A stretch of 64,000 nt of DNA, from positions 118,894 through 182,893 of the forward strand of contig CAZJVU010000002.1 of the NCBI GenBank assembly GCA_964550035.1. The letters are read 5' to 3'. The translations under genes and the position numbers were made by a program. Positions 49,248 to 58,607 of the stretch are shown here, one piece after another; the first letter of the stretch is position 1, and every line of letters begins with the position of its first letter. Under the pieces are notes generated by a model. That model saw nothing but the letters and a program-made list of their open reading frames with translations. It was not told where the DNA came from and made no database searches. Source of the stretch: an uncultured Candidatus Saccharibacteria bacterium (GTDB lineage: Bacteria; Patescibacteriota; Saccharimonadia; Saccharimonadales; EFPC-124).

Positions 49248-49961
49248 TTACCTTATGAGCGTTCCGACCGCCTCACCAGCAGCAGCTCGGGCAATATTAC
49301 CCTCATCCTCAAGCCTGAACACAAGCACTGGCATCTTCTCTTCCATAGCGAGGCCAAGTGCGGCTTTGTCCATTACCTTGATCGCACCGTCTTCGACTGC
49401 TTGCTGGAACGACATCTGGTCAAACTTTACGGCATCGTCGAACTTCGCGGGGTCTTTATTGTAGACGCCGTCGACTTTGGTCGTTTTACAGACAACATCG
49501 CAGTTAAGCTCGAGTGCGAGATTTACTGATGCTGTGTCGGTCGTAAAGTACGGCCGGCCGATGCCGCCTGCGACAACCACGACGCGGCCCTTCTCGAGGT
49601 GATTCACCGCTCGCCGATAGGTGTAGGTGTCGGCGACTTGTTCGGCTTCAACGCTGCTGAGCACGCGGGTCGGGAGTCCGCTGGCGTTGAAGACGTCGCC
49701 CACGATTAGCCCGTTAAGTAATGTCGAAAGAAGCCCGGCGTTATCAGCCGTTGCTCGCGTCACAAGCTCATTCTGAATCTGTTTGCCACGTACAAAGTTA
49801 CCACCACCCACAACGACAACCACTTGCGACCCTTGGTCGACAACTTTCTTCAATTCGGTTGCAATCCAGGCGATCAGCTTTGTGTCGATGCCGCTACCAA
49901 GCTCACCAGCCAGCTGTTCGCCGGAGAGTTTTACGAGTAGGCGCTTGTACTTTTGGCTCAT
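49248..49961 (-). CDS. pyrH: UMP kinase
   Basis: YKRLLVKLSGEQLAG...VVVVGGGNFVRG...VVVAGGIGRPYFTTDTASV. Confidence 0.95.
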   Translation of the reverse strand: MSQKYKRLLVKLSGEQLAGELGSGIDTKLIAWIATELKKVVDQGSQVVVVVGGGNFVRGKQIQNELVTRATADNAGLLSTLLNGLIVGDVFNASGLPTRVLSSVEAEQVADTYTYRRAVNHLEKGRVVVVAGGIGRPYFTTDTASVNLALELNCDVVCKTTKVDGVYNKDPAKFDDAVKFDQMSFQQAVEDGAIKVMDKAALGLAMEEKMPVLVFRLEDEGNIARAAAGEAVGTLIR

Positions 49962-50012
49962 TGCCGCCTAGTGTATCAGCATGTGCCACAAATGCAAATC
50001 CACCTCAAGTGA

Positions 50013-50021
50013 TGCTATACT
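50013..50021 (+). promoter_or_regulatory. Extended -10 TGCTATACT exactly 7 nt before the xth ATG (leaderless geometry)
   Basis: gaTGcTATACT-ttaagct-ATG, with no SD sequence. Confidence 0.5.
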
Positions 50022-50028
50022 TTAAGCT

Positions 50029-50838
50029 ATGATCAAGCTTTATTCATGGAACGTTAACGGTATTCGGGCGGTTACCCGCAAGGAACTGTTCGTCCCGTTC
50101 ATCGACAAACACCACCCAGATATCCTCTGTCTCCAAGAGACAAAAGCCCAACAGGGCCAGGCCGAGATTAACGTAAAAGGCTACGAAGAGTACTGGAACT
50201 CGGCCGAGAAGAAAGGCTACTCTGGCACGGCTATCTTTAGCCAGCTCAAGCCGCTCGCCGTCCTGAATGGACTGCCCGAAGACATCATCGACCAGTACAA
50301 AGTAACCGGCGACACCTACGGTGATCCGAACAAAGAAGGTCGCGTGATCGCCGCCGAGTACGAACACTTCTACGTCGTGACCGTCTACACGCCTAACGCT
50401 AAGGACGACCTCAGCCGCGTGCCACTGCGCCACAAGCATTGGGACCCAGCATTCCTGGCGTACTGCAAGCAACTCGAGAAGAAAAAGCCCGTCATCTTCT
50501 GTGGCGACCTCAACGTCGCTCACACCGAAGATGACCTAGCACGGCCAAAGCCAAATAAGGGCAAGAAAGGATTCACCGACGAAGAGCGCGAAGGCTTCCA
50601 AAAGTTCGTCGATGCTGGATTCGTCGACACGCTCCGTATGTTCAAGAAAGGCAACGGCCTCTACACCTGGTGGAGCCACTTCGGCAATGCACGCGCCAAT
50701 AACGTTGGGTGGCGCATCGACTATTTCCTGGTGTCAGAAAGCCTAAAGAGCCACATCAAATCTGCCGAGATTCACCCAGATGTCTTAGGCTCAGACCACT
50801 GCCCAATCAGCATCACACTCGATTTTCCAAAACCATAA
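50029..50838 (+). CDS. xth: Exodeoxyribonuclease III
   Basis: MIKLYSWNVNGIRA...ILCLQETK...CGDLNVAH...WRIDYFLVS...GSDHCPI. Confidence 0.95.
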   Translation: MIKLYSWNVNGIRAVTRKELFVPFIDKHHPDILCLQETKAQQGQAEINVKGYEEYWNSAEKKGYSGTAIFSQLKPLAVLNGLPEDIIDQYKVTGDTYGDPNKEGRVIAAEYEHFYVVTVYTPNAKDDLSRVPLRHKHWDPAFLAYCKQLEKKKPVIFCGDLNVAHTEDDLARPKPNKGKKGFTDEEREGFQKFVDAGFVDTLRMFKKGNGLYTWWSHFGNARANNVGWRIDYFLVSESLKSHIKSAEIHPDVLGSDHCPISITLDFPKP

Positions 50839-51317
50839 TGAAACACGTCACCCTGTTATTCCTCCTCCGAGACAATGAGATCCTGCTCGCCATGAAGAAG
50901 CGGGGTTTCGGCGTGGGGCGCTGGAATGGCGTGGGCGGCAAAATCGAACCAGACGAGACTATCGAAGAAGCAACCGCGCGCGAATGTCGCGAAGAAATTG
51001 GCGTTAATCCTGGCGCACTTGAGAAGGTCGCACACCTCACATTTGCATTCCCAGATGGCACACCCGACATCCTCGCACATGTGTACATCACACGCGAATG
51101 GGAAGGCGAACCGGTCGAAACCGAAGAAATGGCACCGCGCTGGTTCGCGCTGGGTGACATTCCGTATGGCGAGATGTGGCAGGACGATGCGTTTTGGCTA
51201 CCGCACGTCCTAGCCGGCAAGAAACTCGTGGCGAGGTTCGTGTTTACCCAAGACGAAGTAATGATTCCCGAGCAGAACAAGATTGAGTTTGTCAGCGAGG
51301 TGCCTGATGCAGTTTGA
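50838..51317 (+). CDS. NUDIX hydrolase (MutT-like)
   Basis: The ATG overlaps the xth stop (TAATG). GGKIEPDETIEEATARECREEIGV Nudix box. Confidence 0.85.
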   Translation: MKHVTLLFLLRDNEILLAMKKRGFGVGRWNGVGGKIEPDETIEEATARECREEIGVNPGALEKVAHLTFAFPDGTPDILAHVYITREWEGEPVETEEMAPRWFALGDIPYGEMWQDDAFWLPHVLAGKKLVARFVFTQDEVMIPEQNKIEFVSEVPDAV

Positions 51318-52092
51318 GTATTGGCAGAAGCAAGCCCATGGCTCGCCACTGTTTAGCGATATTGAGTGGCAGAAACCAGAGCAGAAAAGTCTGGCGGGGA
51401 AACTGCTGATCATCGGCGGCAACAAGCTCGGCTTTGCGGCTGTTGCGCAGGCCTATAGCGATGCGCTTGCCGCCGGGGTGGGGGAGGCGCGCGCGATATT
51501 GCCAGCTAGCCTCAAGCCGGTGATCGACAAGTTCGCACTGGACTGCGTCTACGTGCCAGACAATCCCTCGGGCGGCATCAGCAAAGATGCCTTGCCGGTC
51601 ATCGAAGCCTCCGCCGCTTGGGCCGATGCACTGCTGCTCATTGGCGATGCCGGGCGCAATTCCGAGACAGCTATCGCGCTCGAGTCACTCCTGAGTCGCT
51701 CTCCCAAACCAGCGCTTATCACACGCGATGCAGTTGATCTCCTGCGCAGCAATACGCCGCAGCTTCTGGAGCGGCCAAACACAACATTTGTCGTCAGTCT
51801 CGCGCAGCTTCAGAAGATGTTTCAGGCGGTCTATTATCCCAAAACTATTTTGTTTAGCATGCAGCTCACGACGCTCGTTGAAACATTACACAAATTCACT
51901 ATCAGCTATCCGGTGACGCTCGTCGTCTTCCATCAAAACCAACTACTCGTCGCGCATGATGGCAAAATCAGCACCACCCCATGGGAAGAAGTGATGATGA
52001 TCTGGCGCGGAAGCGTAGCCGCGAAGGCAAGTGTCTACTGGCTTCAGAACCTAGCTCGGCCCTTCGAAGCGATCACCACAAGTCTTGCCTAG
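51307..52092 (+). CDS. YjeF_C/carbohydrate-kinase-like protein (possible NAD(P)HX dehydratase, divergent)
   Basis: GKLLIIGGNKLGFAAVAQAYSDALAAGVG resembles the ...viGGs..y.GA..la..aAlr.GaG motif. Start ambiguous (51283 or 51307). Confidence 0.45.
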   Translation: MQFEYWQKQAHGSPLFSDIEWQKPEQKSLAGKLLIIGGNKLGFAAVAQAYSDALAAGVGEARAILPASLKPVIDKFALDCVYVPDNPSGGISKDALPVIEASAAWADALLLIGDAGRNSETAIALESLLSRSPKPALITRDAVDLLRSNTPQLLERPNTTFVVSLAQLQKMFQAVYYPKTILFSMQLTTLVETLHKFTISYPVTLVVFHQNQLLVAHDGKISTTPWEEVMMIWRGSVAAKASVYWLQNLARPFEAITTSLA

Positions 52093-52145
52093 ATAGAAAA
52101 TCATTGCCTAAAAAGCTATTATGAAATATAATAGCATGAATTACT

Positions 52146-52898
52146 ATGACTGAAACACTTCAAAAAGCCCCCCACGATACTGAGCGCGAAGTACTGCAAA
52201 ACTATCTTGCCGCTATTGATCGCAACCCCGAAAAGCTCAAAGAGTTTATTGAAGACCTGTACCATAGCCACGCCGACAACCCGCACGTTTTGTACGCCGC
52301 CGCGACGTACCTGACGTCGTTAACTCATCTCGACCATCGCACAGGGACACACGAGCAACCAGAGCTCCCGGAGCGACAAGATGCGATGAAGGCCTTCGGC
52401 TCGTACACTCGCCTCATGGCTATGCTCGCTCAAGAAAAAGACGCACCACGCTACCAGGACGATGAGCGTGTACGCCGGCGCCTCGCGGGTACTATGGAAG
52501 AGCTAGCGTTCCACGCCGTGCTCGCATACGCAGCCGCACAAGAAGGATCTGATCTTGTCGCGTTGCCATCGCCAGCCGAGCTCGACTTTGAAGGTGAAAC
52601 GTTAGCCAGTGATCTTCAGGTGTTCTTCCCAGATCGCGAATCGGACCCGACTGATATTCAAGTGCGATACGGCCTCGATGAAGTAGAGAAGTACTCGCCG
52701 CGTATCGCCGTCCTCAACCTTACGACTGTGCTCGGTTCTATAGAACAGGCCGGTGCGCTGCGCGGCCTGCTGAAAGACGTTGGCCGCCGTCCGGACGAAC
52801 TCGAGGGTGACATTGAGGTTACTCCCAGAGAGCACGATGTATTGATGGACGCAGCGGCTGATATGCTGCAGGCAGCAAGGAACTCGAGGCAGGAGTAG
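52146..52898 (+). CDS. Acidic hypothetical protein (250 aa)
   Basis: Uninterrupted ORF followed by the terminator at 52925-52957. No family recognised. Confidence 0.55.
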   Translation: MTETLQKAPHDTEREVLQNYLAAIDRNPEKLKEFIEDLYHSHADNPHVLYAAATYLTSLTHLDHRTGTHEQPELPERQDAMKAFGSYTRLMAMLAQEKDAPRYQDDERVRRRLAGTMEELAFHAVLAYAAAQEGSDLVALPSPAELDFEGETLASDLQVFFPDRESDPTDIQVRYGLDEVEKYSPRIAVLNLTTVLGSIEQAGALRGLLKDVGRRPDELEGDIEVTPREHDVLMDAAADMLQAARNSRQE

Positions 52899-52924
52899 GG
52901 ATTCAGAACATCTCAATCACATAG

Positions 52925-52957
52925 TAAAACAGCCAACCGTAAAGGCTGGCTGTTTTA
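52925..52957. terminator. Bidirectional intrinsic terminator
   Basis: AAAACAGCC-aaccgtaaa-GGCTGTTTT, with an A-tract and a T-tract flanking a 9-bp stem, between the 52146 gene and tRNA-Leu. Confidence 0.7.
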
Positions 52958-52960
52958 CTA

Positions 52961-53048
52961 TGGTGGGCGAGGAGGGACTTGAACCCTCACGAGCGAAAAG
53001 CTCACAAGATTTTGAGTCTAGCGTGTCTACCAATTCCACCACTCGCCC
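52961..53048 (-). tRNA. tRNA-Leu (anticodon CAA), class II with long variable arm
   Basis: Reverse complement is GGGCGAGTGGTGGAATTGGTAGACACGCTAGACTCAAAATCTTGTGAGCTTTTCGCTCGTGAGGGTTCAAGTCCCTCCTCGCCCACCA. One U-U mismatch in the anticodon stem; CCA is encoded. Confidence 0.88.
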
Positions 53049-53136
53049 AGAGTGGTCTCTACCTCAACACAAATTGTGTCTTCGACTCCGTAATTATATA
53101 CTACATTGAGATGAACTTCACCTCTATTTTTGCGCT

Positions 53137-54282
53137 ATGAACCCAGATGGCCACGGCAATAACCAGCCGCTTGCCTCGCGCAGCCCGCAGGATCAGCCTG
53201 ATGGTCGGCTTCATGCACCCGCAGAAAAAACCGAGCAAGTAGCCCGCACGCAAGCCTCACAAGCCTACCAGCAAGGACCGGGCGCGCCGTATAACCAAAC
53301 GCAGCAGCCGACCTACAACTGGCAGCAGTACCACAGTGCGTGGCAGCAGTATTATCAACAGTACTACCAGCGCTACTACGCCAACGAGCTAGCCTCGCAG
53401 CGCGGGCAAACCGGGCAAGACGAAGCGAAACCCGAAGCGCCGTCGCTCCGCGAGCAAACCATTGTCGGGAGCGACCACATCGAGGAGCCAAAGACGCGCT
53501 TCCAGCAAGTCCGCGACGATCTCCTCGATAAAGTCCGCGAACGGACCGAGAAGCTACAAAAGAGTAATCATTTTATCCCGATCGTGAGCGCGCTTATTGT
53601 GGGGCTGCTGCTTCTGGGGATCCAGTTCAACCGTCTCCTCATCGCGCAGATCGAATCGTTCATCAGCCCCGGCAGCACCGTCAACACGAGTGACACGATC
53701 ATCGTCGACCCAACATCGACCGCTGACATCGGCCAGGACCCGCGGCTGATCATACCCAAGCTCAATATCGACGTCCCGGTTCTGTACAACATTACCACGG
53801 TGGATGAAAAAGTTATTCAAGCTGGCCTCGAGAAAGGTGCCGTCCATTATAACCTCCCCGGCGCCAACAGCGTCCCAGGACAAGCTGGCAATATGGCTAT
53901 ACTGGGACACTCCAGCAACGATGTTTTTGACCCCGGTAATTACAAGTTTGCGTTCCTGCTACTCGACCGGCTCCAGTCTGGTGACCTGTTCTACATGAAC
54001 TATCAGGGCAAACGATTTGTCTACAAAGTCAGCGACAAGAAAATCATCAAGCCAACGGACTGGCAGGTTTTGCAGCAGGGAAACGGCAAGCCAACCGCAA
54101 TTCTCGTCACCTGTACGCCGGCGGGCACTGCGATCAATCGACTTCTGATATACGCCGACCAAATCAGCCCTGACCCGTCGACGGCCAGCGCCGCCCCAGC
54201 CAACAAGCAAGACGCCAACCCCGCCGAGATCCCGGGTAACTCACAAACATTCTTTGAGCGGATCTGGAACATTTTCTTCTAG
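53137..54282 (+). CDS. Sortase-family transpeptidase with a Gln/Tyr-rich N-terminal region
   Basis: TM segment followed by ...AILGHSSNDVF...AILVTCTPAGTAINRLLIYA (His and TLxTC-type Cys motifs). N-terminal QQPTYNWQQYHSAWQQYYQQYYQRYY. Confidence 0.8.
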   Translation: MNPDGHGNNQPLASRSPQDQPDGRLHAPAEKTEQVARTQASQAYQQGPGAPYNQTQQPTYNWQQYHSAWQQYYQQYYQRYYANELASQRGQTGQDEAKPEAPSLREQTIVGSDHIEEPKTRFQQVRDDLLDKVRERTEKLQKSNHFIPIVSALIVGLLLLGIQFNRLLIAQIESFISPGSTVNTSDTIIVDPTSTADIGQDPRLIIPKLNIDVPVLYNITTVDEKVIQAGLEKGAVHYNLPGANSVPGQAGNMAILGHSSNDVFDPGNYKFAFLLLDRLQSGDLFYMNYQGKRFVYKVSDKKIIKPTDWQVLQQGNGKPTAILVTCTPAGTAINRLLIYADQISPDPSTASAAPANKQDANPAEIPGNSQTFFERIWNIFF

Positions 54283-54285
54283 CCT

Positions 54286-54930
54286 ATGAAGGTCTTGCTG
54301 CCCAAAATCCCCGCCGGGCTCAAAGAAGTTATTGACGACCCCGAGCAGCTCGTGAGTAATGCGCGATTTGAGCGACTCATTCTGCGCGGCATTGACGCTG
54401 TTAACAGGGCAGCGCCCAAGATAAAGTTCGACGAATGCGCCCTGGACCGTGTCACACTGGTCAATGCCGCGCTCGATGGCATCAGTATGCTCGACACCGA
54501 AGTCCGGGGTTGTGATCTGTCAGCAGCAGTGCTCAGCGCGGGGAGCCTCGACCGCGTGCGATTTACCAACTGCCGCATGGCCGGCGTGGACCTCAGCCGT
54601 GCGCGCCTGCAAAACGTCACATTTATCGGGTGCCGACTCGATATGGCTAACTTTCGGTTCGCCCAGTGCGACGGGGTCGTGTTCGAAGACTGCACCCTTA
54701 TCGAGAGCGACTTCCAGGTCAGCGAACTTGCTCACATCGAGCTCAGCGGCTGCACTATCGAGCGTGCCATGTTTGATCAATGCAAAATTCGCCATGTCGA
54801 TGCTCGCGGCTCCGAGCTCCGCGGAATCCACGGATGGCAGTACCTGCGCGGGCTGACCATCGACCACACACAGCTCATGACAATCGCCCCCGAGCTGGCG
54901 GGTGAGTATGGTATTTCGGTAAAGAGCTAA
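54286..54930 (+). CDS. Pentapeptide-repeat protein
   Basis: Continuous A(D/N)LxX-type repeats: RGCDLSAAVLSAGSLDRVRFTNCRMAGVDLSRARLQNVTFIGCRLDMANFRFAQCDGVVFEDCTL... Confidence 0.9.
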   Translation: MKVLLPKIPAGLKEVIDDPEQLVSNARFERLILRGIDAVNRAAPKIKFDECALDRVTLVNAALDGISMLDTEVRGCDLSAAVLSAGSLDRVRFTNCRMAGVDLSRARLQNVTFIGCRLDMANFRFAQCDGVVFEDCTLIESDFQVSELAHIELSGCTIERAMFDQCKIRHVDARGSELRGIHGWQYLRGLTIDHTQLMTIAPELAGEYGISVKS

Positions 54931-56405
54931 TCTTCCAGCGACAGCTTCGAGGCCTGCAAAAGGACAGTGTGGGTGATGTCGTTTTTGCCGACGCTTAGGA
55001 GTTGCTTGCCGTTCGAGCTGAGCATGACGTCGTAGCCTTTGCTCACGGTGGTGATCTCGTGGTCATTTGTGCCGTCGAATTCGAAGATACGGAGTGTGCC
55101 ACCGTCGTCGCTCCACAGGTAGTAATCATCCAACCACTTGAGCTGCGCGGTATCTTTAGAGCCAAACCCGAGCGTTTTGAGGTATGTCTTGCTGGTCTCG
55201 ATGTCGTAGGTGCCGAACTTGTTGCCATGCTGGGCGACGATCATGCGACCGTTGCTGCTAAACGACAGGTAGTCGACAGGGTCGCCGAGGGTAAACTGCG
55301 TAAAGAGGCTGGCTTCTTTGCTCGTGCCCATCACGGTGGCGTCGCGCACGACGTCGACACTCGTCGAGCCACTCTCGGTGATAGCGAGGTAACTGTGATT
55401 ATCGTATTCGCTGTAGGCGATCTTGATCTGCTTGTCGGCGCCAAACTCGCGTACGGGCGTGATCTTGCCGCCCTTATAGACACCGACGACTTGCTGCCTG
55501 GTTGCTTGATCGCCCGTTGTCTTGTCTTGGAGCTGAGTGAAGGCGATCGTGTCTTCGCCGTACACCGAGAAATCGTGGAGGCCAGTTACCAGTGCCGCCG
55601 AGGCAGTTGGGCCATTGACGTCGAGCTTACGGAGTACGTCGTCGGTCTTAGCGAAAATGGTGTTGGCATTGCTCCCCGAGAAATGCGCTTGCTTGATATC
55701 GAGGCTGAATAGCTTGGTGAGGTTCACGGCATCTGATGGCTTGCTGCGGTCGACACGTGCAAACTCCGTGACGTCGCCATTATCGTGCTCGATCAGCACG
55801 TATTTGGACTGCAGATCCCATTCGACGAGCTTGAACGTACCGTATTTGCCGTCCTTCTTGGTGAAAAGTCCGTCAGGAATCTTTAGGTCGGTGTAGACCG
55901 GCTTCTTCTCATCACTGTAGTCGACCAATGTGTAGTCGGGCTCGTTCGAATTCATCTGCATAATCAGCCAGTGGCGATCAGGGGAGGGAAGCGTCGCAGA
56001 AACAGACGCGTATTCCTTGACGGTATTTGTCGTAATCGAATTCGGAATGAGGCGCGCGTAGTTGAGCCACAGCAATTGCCCCGGCGCAAGGTCGATACTC
56101 TTGCTCCAGCCGTGGTAGCCGTTGAGCGCCATTGTCACGTTGTGCTGGCCAGCAGCTATATTGAGCTTGTCAGGAGTATGGAAGCTTTGCGGTTTGCCAT
56201 CGACGGTGACATTGGCATTACTCGGGAATGAGCGAAACTGGACCAAGCCACCTTGGCTAAAGTTAAAGTCCTTGTCGAGACGGTACCCCAGCGCCACAAA
56301 TACGAGAAACGCAGTGAGCACAACAGTCGCGACCGTCATGACGCCGTAGGTGAAAAATCGGATGGCCAGCTTGGCACGCTTGGAAGAAAGATCTGGATTA
56401 AACAT
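54927..56405 (-). CDS. PEGA-domain membrane-anchored protein (492 aa)
   Basis: N-terminal TM segment. FRSFPSNANVTVDGKPQSFHTPDKLNIAAGQHNVTMALNGYHGWSKSIDL is a PEGA-like domain. Beta-rich C-terminal region. Confidence 0.65.
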   Translation of the reverse strand: MFNPDLSSKRAKLAIRFFTYGVMTVATVVLTAFLVFVALGYRLDKDFNFSQGGLVQFRSFPSNANVTVDGKPQSFHTPDKLNIAAGQHNVTMALNGYHGWSKSIDLAPGQLLWLNYARLIPNSITTNTVKEYASVSATLPSPDRHWLIMQMNSNEPDYTLVDYSDEKKPVYTDLKIPDGLFTKKDGKYGTFKLVEWDLQSKYVLIEHDNGDVTEFARVDRSKPSDAVNLTKLFSLDIKQAHFSGSNANTIFAKTDDVLRKLDVNGPTASAALVTGLHDFSVYGEDTIAFTQLQDKTTGDQATRQQVVGVYKGGKITPVREFGADKQIKIAYSEYDNHSYLAITESGSTSVDVVRDATVMGTSKEASLFTQFTLGDPVDYLSFSSNGRMIVAQHGNKFGTYDIETSKTYLKTLGFGSKDTAQLKWLDDYYLWSDDGGTLRIFEFDGTNDHEITTVSKGYDVMLSSNGKQLLSVGKNDITHTVLLQASKLSLED

Positions 56406-56527
56406 TTGCTCCTATTATACAATATCGAGACGCGCGCGTGGAGGGTCTTGAAAGCCATTGCGTTTATCCTTACTATTGAATAAGATTAAAGCACTGAGAA
56501 TCATACTTCGGGGGATCGATACATACA

Positions 56528-57598
56528 ATGGCAGGCAAAAACATCATCACCATCAACGGACGCGCATACGATGCGATTACCGGGATGCCTGCTACGCATA
56601 CGTCAGACTCAGCTCGCAAGCCTGAGCATCCAAAATCTCACGCTCATAAATCGCACAAAGCTTTTAGCGACATCAGCGGACCTGCTCGGGTCAAAATGAC
56701 TGAGCCAACCGATCCGAAGCACAGTGTGCAGCACTCGGAGGTAAAGGCGCGTGCCGTTCACCAGAAACCCCAGAAGTCCCAGACGCTTCTTCGCTCAGCG
56801 CTCAAGAAACCGATGCCACTTCGTCAGCTCGAACCAGTACCGGTCAAGATCGAAGCCGACTATGCCAAGCCGGCCATCCAGCATCATCGCAGCCCCATGG
56901 TATCGAAGTTTGGCGTTGAACCTGTAAAGAAAGAATCCGTAAAGCACGAGGCAGCGCCACAAGTTCGCGGCGAGGCAGCACCGCGCGTTCACCCTGTTGT
57001 CACCAAGGCGCTTGCTGCTCGTCCAGAAATTGCCGCACCCGCTCAGCCACAGAACTCAAAGGAGTTGAAAGAAGCGCTTATCCGCGAGCGACTCGCCGAG
57101 GCGCAGCCGAACCAGCACCACGCGCAGCGCCACCGTCGCTTCAGCCAACCACGACTGGCGACTATCCTGACCAGCTCGCTTGCACTTTTGCTGTTGGCTG
57201 GCTACCTGACGTACATTAATCTGCCGAACATAAGCATGCGCGTTGCCGCTACCCGGGCGGGCATTGCTGCTAATTACCCAAACTACAGCCCTGACGGCTA
57301 CCACTTTGCCGGCCCTATTACGTATCAGCCAGGCGAGGTGAACATCAGCTTCAAGAGCAACACCAACGACCACAATTTTGTTATCAAGCAAAAGGCAAGC
57401 AGCTGGGACAGCCAAGCCGTCCTCGACAACTACGTCAGCAAGAAGACCGGCACATATCTCACGTACCAAGAGCGCGGGCTAACGATCTACTCATACGGCA
57501 ATCACGCTGCGTGGGTAAATGGCGGCCTGATGTACACTATCGACGGCGATGCGCCGCTCAGCAGCGACCAGCTACTCCGTATCGCGACAAGTATGTAG
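56528..57598 (+). CDS. Membrane-anchored protein with a DUF4367-like C-terminal domain
   Basis: Basic/Pro-rich N-terminus and a TM segment (ILTSSLALLLLAGYLTYI). The C-terminus ...GLTIYSYGNHAAWVNGGLMYTIDGDAPLSSDQLLRIATSM resembles DUF4367 (from memory). Confidence 0.55.
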   Translation: MAGKNIITINGRAYDAITGMPATHTSDSARKPEHPKSHAHKSHKAFSDISGPARVKMTEPTDPKHSVQHSEVKARAVHQKPQKSQTLLRSALKKPMPLRQLEPVPVKIEADYAKPAIQHHRSPMVSKFGVEPVKKESVKHEAAPQVRGEAAPRVHPVVTKALAARPEIAAPAQPQNSKELKEALIRERLAEAQPNQHHAQRHRRFSQPRLATILTSSLALLLLAGYLTYINLPNISMRVAATRAGIAANYPNYSPDGYHFAGPITYQPGEVNISFKSNTNDHNFVIKQKASSWDSQAVLDNYVSKKTGTYLTYQERGLTIYSYGNHAAWVNGGLMYTIDGDAPLSSDQLLRIATSM

Positions 57599-57662
57599 CG
57601 GCCGAAATCATTTTGTGGTTTAATAGAATTCCGTTCGACGGCCCGCAACATGGGAGCAGAAC

Positions 57663-58040
57663 ATGGCTCACATCAAGATTGTGGCGGCCCACCCGGCCAC
57701 GCAAGCCACGCGCGAACACTACAACGGTTACCTCTATATCTACCATGCAACTGGTGCGATCGATGTCTATTTCAGACTCGACGAGAACGAAATGCGCCTG
57801 CTTCCAGAGCCGAACGGAAGCCTGTCGTCAAGACGTTTGATGCACCTGCTCCATGAGCACATGAACACGCCGTACTTCCGGTACGACAACAACGGTCAAG
57901 ATCCGCACACACTAGTTGCATCGTACCACGACGTAGAAAGAGAAAAGCCTTTTGGCACCACCAATCCACACACGATTGCGGAAGATGCGCTAAAGCAGCT
58001 CAAAGCTGCGTTCCACTGGCTCGCAACACGGGCTGTCTGA
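57663..58040 (+). CDS. Orphan protein Q1 (125 aa), paralog of 58149..58496
   Basis: Extended -10 TGGTTTAAT and a GGGAG RBS. N-terminus MAHIKIVAAHPATQATREHYNGYLYIY vs MAEITRVEARPANQPTVKHFKGYEYLTW. C-terminus PFGTTNPHTIAEDA vs PFKVTDPHRIAESA. Hairpin at 58045-58067. Confidence 0.6.
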   Translation: MAHIKIVAAHPATQATREHYNGYLYIYHATGAIDVYFRLDENEMRLLPEPNGSLSSRRLMHLLHEHMNTPYFRYDNNGQDPHTLVASYHDVEREKPFGTTNPHTIAEDALKQLKAAFHWLATRAV

Positions 58041-58148
58041 ACGACTCCCGGGCTCTACGCCCGGGAGCAGCCCAAGCTATTATTTGAAACAAAGCGCGCA
58101 ATATGGTTTTATATATAGGCTCAGCTTTTCCCCGTTGAGAGGAGAAAG

Positions 58149-58496
58149 ATGGCGGAAATCACGCGCGTCGAAGCGCGACCCGCGAACCAACCGACCGTCA
58201 AGCATTTCAAAGGCTACGAGTACCTCACGTGGCCCCTCCAAGCCGTCAGGATTCGCTTTCACCTGACACTCGAGGAAAAGGAGGCCCACCTCGAATATAT
58301 GCGGAGGCGACCAGGTTCGCACCCGCCATACGGCGCGGCGCGTACCGAATGGGACAGGGGTGGTGATCCTGACCTCCAGCACCTCTTCGTCACCTACCCC
58401 ATCCAGGGCAACCCGTTCAAGGTCACCGATCCGCACCGCATTGCTGAGAGCGCACGGCGCGAGATCGTCAGATTCACCAAGGAACGTCGTCTGTAA
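58149..58496 (+). CDS. Orphan protein Q2 (115 aa), paralog of 57663..58040
   Basis: GAGAGGAGAAAG RBS, TGGTTTTAT -10-like element. Long hairpin at 58518-58558 downstream. Confidence 0.6.
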   Translation: MAEITRVEARPANQPTVKHFKGYEYLTWPLQAVRIRFHLTLEEKEAHLEYMRRRPGSHPPYGAARTEWDRGGDPDLQHLFVTYPIQGNPFKVTDPHRIAESARREIVRFTKERRL

Positions 58497-58607
58497 CACA
58501 CCGGAGAGCTGAGCAACGGACCGCTCTCTGCCCATCACTCGTGGGCGGAGAGCGGTCCCGTTCACGCTTGCGATTTTATTGGTTACCAGAGATACTAAAG
58601 AGTAATT

